Source of the DNA: a virus | Virus record (IMG/VR): IMGVR_UViG_3300008451_000399 | Location: 1 to 64,000 of that record | Direction: 5' to 3' (one strand) | DNA length: 64,000 nt | Part shown: positions 8,183 through 16,758 of the stretch, piece by piece | Layout: each line of letters begins with the position of its first letter | How positions within the stretch are numbered: the stretch's first letter is position 1 | Notes under the pieces: model-generated | What the model was told of the DNA's origin: nothing | The model's database searches: none | What the model saw: the letters and a program-made list of their open reading frames with translations, nothing else | Made by a program: the position numbers and the translations under genes

Positions 8183-8973
8183 GTGTTCTCCTCTGAGTAG
8201 TAGTACATTTTAACAAGGGCTTTATTAAGTCCTCCGCGCATATCGTCATTGGGCATAAAAGTTACTACACCAATGTCGTCCTCCAAAGCCTCTAAATCTG
8301 AATCATCCATGTATGTAGGAGCATCTTCTAACACTTTAGTAATACGATTGAGGGTCAATGTCATGCCACTCTTACCACGAAGGTCATGCTGTCGTTCGTC
8401 CCCTGTCATAATGTAAGTTGTGCCTTTACCGATACGAGTAAGTAGGAGTTCCATGTCAGACTCGGTAAGGTTTTGAGACTCTTCGATAATTACTACACTA
8501 TTCTCGATAGAAAACCCTCGTAAGTATTCAAAGGCTTGCATTTCTACAACTTTCTTTTCGATACAATAGCTTAAAAATCCTGCACCCATGAAAGTTTCAA
8601 GATGTTTAATTGTCTGTACAAAATAAGGAGCTAACTTTTCCTCTAAACTACCCTTCAGTAATCCCACAGTGTTACCAGCAGCAACAGCAGGTCGTAACAA
8701 CCAAATTTTATCAACTTCCTTAGATTTGATAAGGTTAGCAGCCCACCAAGCAGCGATCATACTCTTACCAGAGCCACTACTACCACGAAGCACTACCACT
8801 TTCCTACCCTCCTTAAGAAGTCTTACCGCGATGTGTTGATTCTCAGTAGCAGGGTGAAATTTAGGAACTACTTGTTGTTGACAGGTTTCTACATCTACCT
8901 TGAACTTGTCTTTTGTTTGTGGTTTTGAGTCCTGATTATTTTTACGATTACCAAAATTTAATCTTTTAGCCAT
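8179..8973 (-). CDS. phoH: PhoH-like ATPase
   Basis: GSSGSGKS Walker A, RPAV, GLLKGSLEEK..PY, YLRG.S, IIEESQN, LLTRIG, TGD..Q.D. Confidence 0.92.
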   Translation of the reverse strand: MAKRLNFGNRKNNQDSKPQTKDKFKVDVETCQQQVVPKFHPATENQHIAVRLLKEGRKVVVLRGSSGSGKSMIAAWWAANLIKSKEVDKIWLLRPAVAAGNTVGLLKGSLEEKLAPYFVQTIKHLETFMGAGFLSYCIEKKVVEMQAFEYLRGFSIENSVVIIEESQNLTESDMELLLTRIGKGTTYIMTGDERQHDLRGKSGMTLTLNRITKVLEDAPTYMDDSDLEALEDDIGVVTFMPNDDMRGGLNKALVKMYYYSEENT

Positions 8974-9002
8974 GAAGGATTCTCCTACATTAATATAATC
9001 TT

Positions 9003-9027
9003 CCTACCCACTTGCTGCATGGGTAGG
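9003..9027. other. intergenic hairpin (terminator or processing site)
   Basis: cctaccca...tgggtagg perfect 8-bp stem. Confidence 0.45.
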
Positions 9028-9037
9028 TTTGTTACGT

Positions 9038-9304
9038 TTATTTATTAAAGCTATGTAATACTTGTACTTCAATTAACTCTTCAAGAGTTGTATCTAATGT
9101 TGCTGCAACTCGTTCAATCTCTTTAAAAACTTCTTTTGGGAGCCGTATTGTAACAGGAAAAAGAGTTTCAGGTTGTTTCACACGAACTCCGCTATCAATT
9201 AAATCATAGTTTTCTGCAAACACTGTGTAGTTGTCTGCTTTTGTACGGATTGTATCTCCTGTATGTGGATTGAAATCTGTCCTGCTTTTACCGAAATTTC
9301 CCAT
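9038..9304 (-). CDS. ribbon-helix-helix-like DNA-binding protein
   Basis: C-terminal VTIRLPKEVFKEIERVAATLDTTLEELI. Confidence 0.55.
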   Translation of the reverse strand: MGNFGKSRTDFNPHTGDTIRTKADNYTVFAENYDLIDSGVRVKQPETLFPVTIRLPKEVFKEIERVAATLDTTLEELIEVQVLHSFNK

Positions 9305-9969
9305 TATTCACCTTTCGCTTTTATTAAATAGTTTTTTGATAAATTAGATAACGCAAGTAATACTCTTTCATCTATCGCAGAATTCTTTAGTGATTCTAAC
9401 ATTTCTAAGCATATCTCAGATTTTCTTTCGAGGTACTTAATGTGCGCTTCCTCTTGAGTCTTGAAACACCCTAAATACTCTAAATTCCCATTATTCTGTA
9501 TGCAAGCTTTTATTAATTTAGACTCAGCTATTGGGAACGTACCAAGAAGAAACTTACTACCCTTACTCCTCGGTTTAACTAAAAGGGAATTCAAATACTG
9601 AGGGACAAAGACACAATTATCCTCAGAGTAAAATCTATTACCCTCGAATAAGATGTCTTTATCTAACTCCCACCCCTCTTCAAAGTACCCTTTCTGATGC
9701 TGACACCATTCTGCAAAATACTGGAAATCTTCAAAATTCTCAGAACACCAAACATCCCTATACGCTGGATTTTTAACAGAACCAAAGTTATTACACCTCT
9801 TCCTTAAATTGTACCAAATACTTGAAGACTTTGTAAAAATTGATCTTTTATCTATTGTAAAGTTCTTTACCCACTTTCCGTCAATTTTAAAGTATGGCTT
9901 GACTTTGGAATTTCCATTACTCGTTGTCACTCCAAGTACCTCCTTCTGAATTAATCTTACTATTTTCAA
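9304..9969 (-). CDS. HNH homing endonuclease
   Basis: WYNLRKRC...FQYFAEW...WELDKDIL..GN..YSEDNCVFVP..LN, then YLGCFKTQEEAH AP2-like tail. Confidence 0.85.
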   Translation of the reverse strand: MKIVRLIQKEVLGVTTSNGNSKVKPYFKIDGKWVKNFTIDKRSIFTKSSSIWYNLRKRCNNFGSVKNPAYRDVWCSENFEDFQYFAEWCQHQKGYFEEGWELDKDILFEGNRFYSEDNCVFVPQYLNSLLVKPRSKGSKFLLGTFPIAESKLIKACIQNNGNLEYLGCFKTQEEAHIKYLERKSEICLEMLESLKNSAIDERVLLALSNLSKNYLIKAKGE

Positions 9970-10105
9970 TCTTCAAGACAAGATTGCCATACTCATCTGT
10001 CCATTCTACTAATACTCCACCTTCTTTACATGACTCTAACACATCATATAAATCAGACTCAAGTAGTTGCTGCTTATTTTTCTTGCCCATTTGTCTTACG
10101 TCCAC
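9917..10105 (-). CDS. hypothetical protein
   Basis: 62-aa ORF in the operon. Confidence 0.45.
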   Translation of the reverse strand: MDVRQMGKKNKQQLLESDLYDVLESCKEGGVLVEWTDEYGNLVLKIENSKINSEGGTWSDNE

Positions 10106-10313
10106 GTTTTATTGTTGGAGCTTCTAGCTCTTCTTGTTGTTCTTGTGCAGCTCCACGAATTAATACAGCGTTGTATTGCTGATCAATCCAAGGATACTCT
10201 GAAGCTTCCTCTGAGATGATAAAGCCCTCTTTAAACTTAGCTTGTAGTTCTAATGCAAATCCACCAACTGAGCTTTCACGGATTGTAATTTTTTCCAAGT
10301 TATTTCCTTTCAT
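10074..10313 (-). CDS. hypothetical protein
   Basis: 79-aa ORF with a basic C-terminal tail. Confidence 0.55.
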   Translation of the reverse strand: MKGNNLEKITIRESSVGGFALELQAKFKEGFIISEEASEYPWIDQQYNAVLIRGAAQEQQEELEAPTIKRGRKTNGQEK

Positions 10314-10316
10314 TAA

Positions 10317-10397
10317 TTATTCAAAATCTTCTTCAAGCATTAAATGCTCTACAAAGTCGTTCACATCAAGATATTCTAGTTCTGTGTATTCGTCCAT
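10317..10397 (-). CDS. 26-aa acidic peptide (not in ORF track)
   Basis: MDEYTELEYLDVNDFVEHLMLEEDFE; CAGGAGA RBS; first ORF after a promoter. Confidence 0.55.
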   Translation of the reverse strand: MDEYTELEYLDVNDFVEHLMLEEDFE

Positions 10398-10446
10398 TGT
10401 GTTCTCCTGTGTTGTTCAGAAATTAAAACATTTCTTTAGAAATTAA

Positions 10447-10475
10447 ACTATATCACCTAAACTGAAGAATTGCAA
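10447..10475 (-). promoter_or_regulatory. sigma70-type promoter (TTGCAA-17-TATAGT)
   Basis: ttgcaa at 10470-10475 and actata at 10447-10452. Confidence 0.65.
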
Positions 10476-10534
10476 GTATTTATTTTACAGACTTTAGATA
10501 TTATTGTGATAACATATTTATTTTCACAAGGGGC

Positions 10535-10563
10535 TTGACAACAGTGAAGATATGGTTTATACT
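10535..10563 (+). promoter_or_regulatory. sigma70 promoter (TTGACA-17-TATACT) for the packaging operon
   Basis: Hexamers with a 17-bp spacer upstream of terS. Confidence 0.8.
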
Positions 10564-10593
10564 TCATATTATAAGTAAATAAGCAGGAGATGT

Positions 10594-10974
10594 ATGAGTG
10601 CAGACGTAGATAATTCAGTAGGAGAGATAGTAAGGACAGGTGTTCAGAGTAAGAAGAACTCTATCACTATTCAGAAGAGGTTACTAAACAAAGAAAACAA
10701 ACCATCTATGGCTTACTTGGTATCTGTGAGAGATGACCCCACAGCAAGTAGGAAAGATAGGATGGAAGCAGCGAAGTTTCTCATGACTATGCACATGGAA
10801 TCTATCAAAGTCGAGTCTGCGGAGAAGGCTAGGAATAAAGAGTTTGCTGCGAAGCATCATGAATTACTTTTAAGTATTCAACGTAATGGTGGTATTATTG
10901 TGGATGATAGTGATGACGATGATGAGTCAAGTCCTCTACTTATGTTCGATCAAATCATGGATGTGGATGAATAA
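10594..10974 (+). CDS. terS: putative terminase small subunit
   Basis: 126 aa, first gene upstream of terL, helical with acidic C-terminus; assignment mainly positional. Confidence 0.6.
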   Translation: MSADVDNSVGEIVRTGVQSKKNSITIQKRLLNKENKPSMAYLVSVRDDPTASRKDRMEAAKFLMTMHMESIKVESAEKARNKEFAAKHHELLLSIQRNGGIIVDDSDDDDESSPLLMFDQIMDVDE

Positions 10975-10980
10975 AATCTT

Positions 10981-11500
10981 ATCAACCATGTGTTGATGTA
11001 GTCTCTCGCAAATATTAACTTGATACTGTCACTCGACACTTCAAGGTTTGTGAGGGAAGCTAGGCTCTGAGATATGTTGGCTTGCCTCCCCTCAGAGGGT
11101 TCCTTCTTAGCAAGGACAAGAATGCGTGGTTGCAGTCACCGTGTAGGATTGAGGAGTTCCTTATAAACCTCGTTACGTACCTTTAGTTTAATGTTAGAAC
11201 ATACGCCTGCAGCGTAAAGTGAGAGGTCAAAACTCTCAGGGTACTCCATAGATTGCAAATACAACGGCTCTCCGTCATTCTCCTGCCATGCCCTCCTCAT
11301 GGTTCTCCTGTGACGTTGTAGAGCCGTTCTGTTTGCAATTTTTCGCAACAGTGTTTCGTCCCATATCTGGTAATTAGCGCCGTAAGTATCGTGGAACACT
11401 GTTGCATTCGGTATTTGCAAATAAAGAATATCAAGTATTTATAAGTACGAAAGTTAATGCAGGTGCGTGGTTGCAAGTTAGTAACCACTTATTCTGTATT
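10981..11500 (+). ncRNA. candidate large structured non-coding RNA or structured terL leader
   Basis: At least 7 hairpins or multibranch domains; many G-U pairs that work only on the + strand; no credible + strand ORF. Confidence 0.65.
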
Positions 11501-11526
11501 GGCGAATGTGAATTTAAAGGAGTAAA

Positions 11527-12966
11527 ATGAGTAAAAAAGAACGTAAAGTTCTTGCTCCAGCGTCAGAAGCACATAGGAAGTTTCTTAATTGTAAATCTAA
11601 TTTTGTTATTTTCGGAGGCGGGGCAGGTTCGGGCAAATCGCACCAAGCGTTAATGTTAATTTTAAAATACATTCACGACCCATACTTCAGAGGTGTATTT
11701 ATCCGCGAAACATCCACACAGCTTTCTCAGGCTGGTGGTTTGTTCATGGAAGCACAAGATATGTGGAAAGATTACGGAGCAAAGTTTAAGACACATCCTC
11801 AGATGACTGCCACATTTCCAAGTGGAGCACAAGTACAGTTCAAAGTGTGCCAAGCAGATAGAGATATCAACAACTTCGACGGTGGGCAGTTTTCACTGGT
11901 GTGCTTCGATGAGGCGCAATGGCACAGTGAAACTCAAATCAAGTATCTAGAGTCTCGTATTCGTTCTAAAGCACAAGCACCTCACCAACTTATCTGTACA
12001 GCCAACCCTTCAAGAGCTTCTTACCTCTACCAATTCGTGCAACCATATCTTGATATGGAAACAGGTATTCCTATTCCTGAATTGTCTGGTAAAGAGAGAT
12101 ACTACGCTACTTATGGTGGTGTTACGGTAACAGCAGATACAAAAGAAGAGTTACTTGAGAAGTACGGAGATAAAGTACAAGCTCAAACATACACTTATAT
12201 CTCTGCTACGGTTAAAGATAACCCGATCATGAAAATCCTGAATCCAAACTATGTAGCGCGTTTGGAGAACTTGAAGCGTACAGAACGTGAACGCCTCTAC
12301 TTGGGGTCATGGCACGCCAAAGAAGAGTCACGAGGATTTTTTAAGAGAGATTGGTGTGAAGTAATTACACAACTTCCAGACGATATTGTATCTACTGTGC
12401 GTGGTATGGATATTGCTGGTAGCTTACCTTCTGAAGCCTACCCCGACCCTGATTGGACTGCATCTGTAATGATGTCTAAGACAAAATCAGGACATTACAT
12501 TATACACCACGGAGAGAGATATAGGTCTTTAATCAATGGGGTAATGGAACACATTGCAGAGACAGACAGAAGAGATAAAGCAATAGGACATTTTCCTGCT
12601 GTGTATTTACCTGAAGACGTTGGGGTAGCAGCAAAGGCAGCAACGATGTTTTTTGTTAAAACACTAATTGAGTCTGGTGTAGATGCAAGGATTGATAAGT
12701 CTGGTGGCACGAAGAGCAAATTGCACAGGATGCAACCCTTTCTTACATTGGCAGAAGCAGGCTTTGTTAAAATTTTAGACGATGGTAGTTGGGACACAGA
12801 GCCTTTGTTGTCAGAATTGGAAGATTTTGTAGATGGGAAGCGCCAGCAAAAAGATGATTACTGGGATGCAACTGGTACAGCATGTAAGGCATTGATGAGA
12901 ACACAGACACTGCCCACATTCAGCCTACCCTCCCTAACAAAGCCATCCCCAGTTCCAAGAATATAA
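11527..12966 (+). CDS. terL: terminase large subunit
   Basis: GGGAGSGKS Walker A, CFDEA Walker B, TANP motif, GMDIA and KDDYWDA nuclease motifs. Confidence 0.95.
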   Translation: MSKKERKVLAPASEAHRKFLNCKSNFVIFGGGAGSGKSHQALMLILKYIHDPYFRGVFIRETSTQLSQAGGLFMEAQDMWKDYGAKFKTHPQMTATFPSGAQVQFKVCQADRDINNFDGGQFSLVCFDEAQWHSETQIKYLESRIRSKAQAPHQLICTANPSRASYLYQFVQPYLDMETGIPIPELSGKERYYATYGGVTVTADTKEELLEKYGDKVQAQTYTYISATVKDNPIMKILNPNYVARLENLKRTERERLYLGSWHAKEESRGFFKRDWCEVITQLPDDIVSTVRGMDIAGSLPSEAYPDPDWTASVMMSKTKSGHYIIHHGERYRSLINGVMEHIAETDRRDKAIGHFPAVYLPEDVGVAAKAATMFFVKTLIESGVDARIDKSGGTKSKLHRMQPFLTLAEAGFVKILDDGSWDTEPLLSELEDFVDGKRQQKDDYWDATGTACKALMRTQTLPTFSLPSLTKPSPVPRI

Positions 12967-12972
12967 CCCGTA

Positions 12973-13000
12973 ATTATACCATAACTAAAGTATCTTGCAA
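12973..13000 (-). promoter_or_regulatory. antisense-facing sigma70-type promoter (TTGCAA-16-TATAAT, extended -10)
   Basis: ttgcaa at 12995-13000 and attata at 12973-12978; points into the 3' end of terL. Confidence 0.5.
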
Positions 13001-13008
13001 GAAATTAC

Positions 13009-13037
13009 TTGACATTTTTAACAGTAAGTGGTATAAT
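13009..13037 (+). promoter_or_regulatory. consensus sigma70 promoter (TTGACA-17-TATAAT, extended -10)
   Basis: Perfect hexamers upstream of the portal gene. Confidence 0.85.
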
Positions 13038-13078
13038 TACACCAAATTAAATAATAAGCATTACAAGGAGCAATAAAT

Positions 13079-14593
13079 ATGCCAGAAGCGAACGCGCCTG
13101 ATGGCGTTGCAACAGCTCTACAGCCAGATACAGGAGCAGTCGTTCCTCGCCTCAAATTAGGAGCTACTGGCTTCAATGTATTAAAAACCTCGAACGGTAG
13201 AATATACGAAGAAGCTAATGCTGCATTTAGAATGCCAGCAAGAATTAAAGTAGTAGATGAAATGAGGTTATCACCTCCTATCAGCATCGCAATGAATGCG
13301 CTTAAAATGCTCATGAATCGTGCAGAAATGTATGTAGAGCCTTTTGATGACACTCCTAAGCACAGAGAACGTGCAAAATTCTTACACTCCTGCTTACATG
13401 ACATGGAAGAAACATTCCAGCAAACAATGCAGAATACTTTTCCTGTTCTTGAATACGGCTTTCACATTTCTGAAAAAGTCTATCGTAGACGCTTAAAATC
13501 CAACGGTAGTAAATATAATGATGGACTCGTAGGACTTAAATGCCTTGCAACTCGCCCCCAATCTTCCATTGAAAAGTGGAACTTTTCAGAAGATGGTAGA
13601 GAGCTTGTCAGTGTATCACAGTCTATTGCAAATTTGGAGAATAGTTACAGATTCTCTAATCTCAAAAACCAAGATGGCTTGATTGACATTCCTCGTGAGA
13701 AGTTTGTACTCTTTAATGTTGACCCTACTAATGGTAATCCAGAAGGTAACTCAGTTCTCAAAGCTGCGTATTTAGCTTACAAGCAATTGACATTGCTTAC
13801 AGATAATATGATGTTAGGTGTTGCTAAAGATACACAAGGTCTCCCTGTTATCGGTATCCCACCACAGTATATGTCTGCTGATGCAAGTGACGATCAAAAA
13901 GCTGTCTACCAGTCTTTCATGCAAATGGCTGATGGTTTGTCTAATGGAACACAGAAGACGATTGTGATACCAAAGTCTTATGATATGGACTCTAAGGGTG
14001 AGATGTTCACAGTGGAGTTGCTAGAGTCTAAAGGTGGTAAGGCTTACAACGTGTTAGAGATTATCAAGACATTACAAGCTAACATTCTTTCAGTGCTTTC
14101 GTGTGATGCTGTCAAGATGGGTAGTGATACTGCAGGTTCGTTGAGTTTAGAGGACGGGGACACAAATTTATTGGCGATGGCTGTTAGTTATCGTTTAATG
14201 GAGATTGCTAACGCTTTAAACAAGGATTTAGTGCAGCAGCTATGGTCACTCAACGGATGGGACTTGTCAGAAATGCCTCAGATTAAATTTAAGGATGTTT
14301 CTAATGTATCTCAGGAAACTTTCAGTAAGTTTATACAACGTGTGGCTTCAACAGGTTTGTTAGAACTTGATCGTGGTGTCATGAACCGTGTACGAGAAGT
14401 TGGTGGATTTGATTTACTTCCATATGATCTTCCAATTCAAGAAGATATGTTATCGACAACTATGGCTGGAAAAGCCTCTAGCGCATCAGAGGGTATGGAA
14501 GTCGGGGTTGGTAATACTGTTGAGGGTGGAACGTCTAAAGGTGGTGGGAAGAAAACTGACAATTCTGCGAAAAATAACGATAACAAGGGGTGA
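13079..14593 (+). CDS. portal protein (DUF935-like)
   Basis: 504 aa after terL; LEYGFHISEKVY, GNPEGNSVLKAAY motifs. Confidence 0.88.
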   Translation: MPEANAPDGVATALQPDTGAVVPRLKLGATGFNVLKTSNGRIYEEANAAFRMPARIKVVDEMRLSPPISIAMNALKMLMNRAEMYVEPFDDTPKHRERAKFLHSCLHDMEETFQQTMQNTFPVLEYGFHISEKVYRRRLKSNGSKYNDGLVGLKCLATRPQSSIEKWNFSEDGRELVSVSQSIANLENSYRFSNLKNQDGLIDIPREKFVLFNVDPTNGNPEGNSVLKAAYLAYKQLTLLTDNMMLGVAKDTQGLPVIGIPPQYMSADASDDQKAVYQSFMQMADGLSNGTQKTIVIPKSYDMDSKGEMFTVELLESKGGKAYNVLEIIKTLQANILSVLSCDAVKMGSDTAGSLSLEDGDTNLLAMAVSYRLMEIANALNKDLVQQLWSLNGWDLSEMPQIKFKDVSNVSQETFSKFIQRVASTGLLELDRGVMNRVREVGGFDLLPYDLPIQEDMLSTTMAGKASSASEGMEVGVGNTVEGGTSKGGGKKTDNSAKNNDNKG

Positions 14594-15396
14594 TAATATT
14601 GGCAATTTTATATTGGGTACATTTACCAGAGCACACTGACATTACTTCAAGTGGGTATGTGGGTATAACAATTAGAACACTCTCTCAACGTTGGGCTAGT
14701 CATAAGACTGCTGCTAAAACAGAGTCTAAACAACATTTACCTATTGTACGTGCAATAAACAAGTATGGACATGAAAATTTAGTTTTCGAAACTCTTCTAG
14801 AAGGTTCTGAAGAATATGTAGCTTTGATAGAGAATAAACTTCGCCCTGCTTGCGGTATTGGCTGGAATTGTGCGGTGGGTGGTCAAGCCACAGGAGTAGG
14901 TAGAAAACACTCCCCTGAAAGTATCGCCAAACGAATTGCCAAAGTTAAGGGTACAAAACGCTCTGCAGAGACTAAATTGAAACAATCCCTCGCTTCCAAA
15001 GGTAAGCCTAAATCCCCTGAACACAGACAAAAATGCGCGATTGCTAATCTGGGTAAGACTAGATCACAAGAAGCTAAAGACGCTCAAAGAGATAAGATGT
15101 TAGGCAGGAAGAAGATAACTGAGGAAGGCAGACTAAAGTTATCAGAGTACCATAAAAATCTGAAACCTTGGAAAAGATCAAGGGCTAAATTCTCTTTGTG
15201 GTCTGGCGCAACTACTCTATTTGATTTGTTCTGTAAAGGGAATACACTAACAAATGGATTTGTGCGAACAGTCTTAAATGATAAGAACATATCCTCTACC
15301 ACAATTAGGAATATGATTGAATCAGGTTGGAACCCAAACGAAGATCAAGAATACCTTTCTTGGTTAGAAGAAAGAAAGGATAACAATGTCACATGA
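14590..15396 (+). CDS. GIY-YIG homing endonuclease with NUMOD3 repeats
   Basis: ILYW...GYVGIT.R....RWASH; GWN; repeated G.K.S.E motifs. Confidence 0.85.
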   Translation: MIILAILYWVHLPEHTDITSSGYVGITIRTLSQRWASHKTAAKTESKQHLPIVRAINKYGHENLVFETLLEGSEEYVALIENKLRPACGIGWNCAVGGQATGVGRKHSPESIAKRIAKVKGTKRSAETKLKQSLASKGKPKSPEHRQKCAIANLGKTRSQEAKDAQRDKMLGRKKITEEGRLKLSEYHKNLKPWKRSRAKFSLWSGATTLFDLFCKGNTLTNGFVRTVLNDKNISSTTIRNMIESGWNPNEDQEYLSWLEERKDNNVT

Positions 15397-16222
15397 ATTA
15401 ATTCGACTTATGGGGAGTGTAGTTAATACTCCTCACTTAATAACACAAGATAGTTTTGCACCAATCCTCGATTACTTAACCTTACGCAATACAGGTTTGA
15501 TTGAGATGAAAGACACATCTAAAGAAGCTCCTAAGAAGCCAGAGTATGTTAAAGCAAATTCTGGTAAATCTATTGGTGAGATTCAAGTATCTGGTGCTCT
15601 GACTTATAAGCCTGTTCAAATGATGTGTGCTCCTGATGGAACAAGTTATCAACAACTTATCACAGATACAGAGCAGTTAATCTCGCAAGGTGTTAAAACT
15701 ATCTTGTACACACATTCAAGTGGAGGTGGGGAAGCTGCACATTGTTTTACTACAGCTAACCGACTACGTGAATTGGCAGATGAGAATGGTGTAACTCTTG
15801 TTACATATATTGATGAAATGTCAGCTTCAGCAGCTCTTGCATTAGGTATCGTATCTGACCACGTAGTTATTCATCCGAGTGCAAAAACAGGAAGTATTGG
15901 TTGCGTCTGCGCAGTCGTAGATCGTAGCAAGGCTTTAGCAGACGCTGGATTGAAACCAATCTATATCAGTTCAACGGCAGGAAAAACGCCATTTCAATCT
16001 GACGGTTCATTCAGTCAAAGCTTCTTGGACAATCTTCAAGCAGAAGTAACAGAACTTGGTAATCAGTTTGCACAGCATGTAGAGAAATATACAAGTATTC
16101 CAGTTGATGAGATTCTTGCACTAGACGCCCAAGTATTTAATGCTAAACGTGCCAAAGAGATTGGACTTGTTACAGCCGTGATGAACCATCAAGAATTCGC
16201 AGAGTTTCTTGCAAACCTATAA
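15386..16222 (+). CDS. prohead protease (S49 family)
   Basis: SGGGE, MSASAA, TGSIG motifs; position after portal. Confidence 0.88.
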   Translation: MSHELIRLMGSVVNTPHLITQDSFAPILDYLTLRNTGLIEMKDTSKEAPKKPEYVKANSGKSIGEIQVSGALTYKPVQMMCAPDGTSYQQLITDTEQLISQGVKTILYTHSSGGGEAAHCFTTANRLRELADENGVTLVTYIDEMSASAALALGIVSDHVVIHPSAKTGSIGCVCAVVDRSKALADAGLKPIYISSTAGKTPFQSDGSFSQSFLDNLQAEVTELGNQFAQHVEKYTSIPVDEILALDAQVFNAKRAKEIGLVTAVMNHQEFAEFLANL

Positions 16223-16230
16223 GGACAAAT

Positions 16231-16758
16231 ATGTTAGACCATCTTAAAAAGTATTTTTCTACGCAAGTAGATACAACCACTGCGCAAGCAGACATTGAAA
16301 AGGAAGTCGTTAATATGACTACAGCAACAGAGCAGCCAATGGCGGCTGAAAACAACTCCGCAGACTTGGCAGCACAACTTGCTTCCTCTACCTCTGCTTT
16401 AAACGAATTGCAAGCTTCTTTTGCAGAACTCTCCAGCAAGTTTGAAGCGGCTCAAGCAGCTTTGACAGTTGTAGAAAATGAAAAGAAAGAGATGGTTACT
16501 AAAGCTGCAGAAGCACGTTTAGTAGCTCGTAAAGAATCCTTGGAAGCAACAGTAGGTACTATTAAAGCTGCTGAACTGTTGACTACATTGGAAGTGTTGG
16601 ATGACACAGCGTTTGCTGCTGTTGTATCAACTATGAAGGTCAATCTCGATGCAGAAGCAAAGAGTGGAGCTTTCACTGAAGCAGGTGTAGCAGCAGAGGC
16701 AAATACAGATGTGCAAGTAGCACACTTCAAAGATTATATTAATAAAGGAAACAAATAA
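16231..16758 (+). CDS. scaffold protein
   Basis: Ala/Glu-rich coiled coil between protease and capsid genes. Confidence 0.7.
   Translation: MLDHLKKYFSTQVDTTTAQADIEKEVVNMTTATEQPMAAENNSADLAAQLASSTSALNELQASFAELSSKFEAAQAALTVVENEKKEMVTKAAEARLVARKESLEATVGTIKAAELLTTLEVLDDTAFAAVVSTMKVNLDAEAKSGAFTEAGVAAEANTDVQVAHFKDYINKGNK

Noticed and set aside
11136-11488. - strand ORFs of 94 and 63 aa in the terS-terL spacer
   Set aside because: TTG/GTG starts without a clear RBS, no recognisable motif, antisense to the late operon; + strand RNA pairing explains the sequence better. Not formally excluded.
10981-11500. Spacer as a group I intron or a degenerate tRNA cluster
   Set aside because: An S-like gatgtagtc (10995-11003) has no R element or P3/P4 core in the right order, both flanking genes look complete, and there are no T-loop/CCA cloverleaves.
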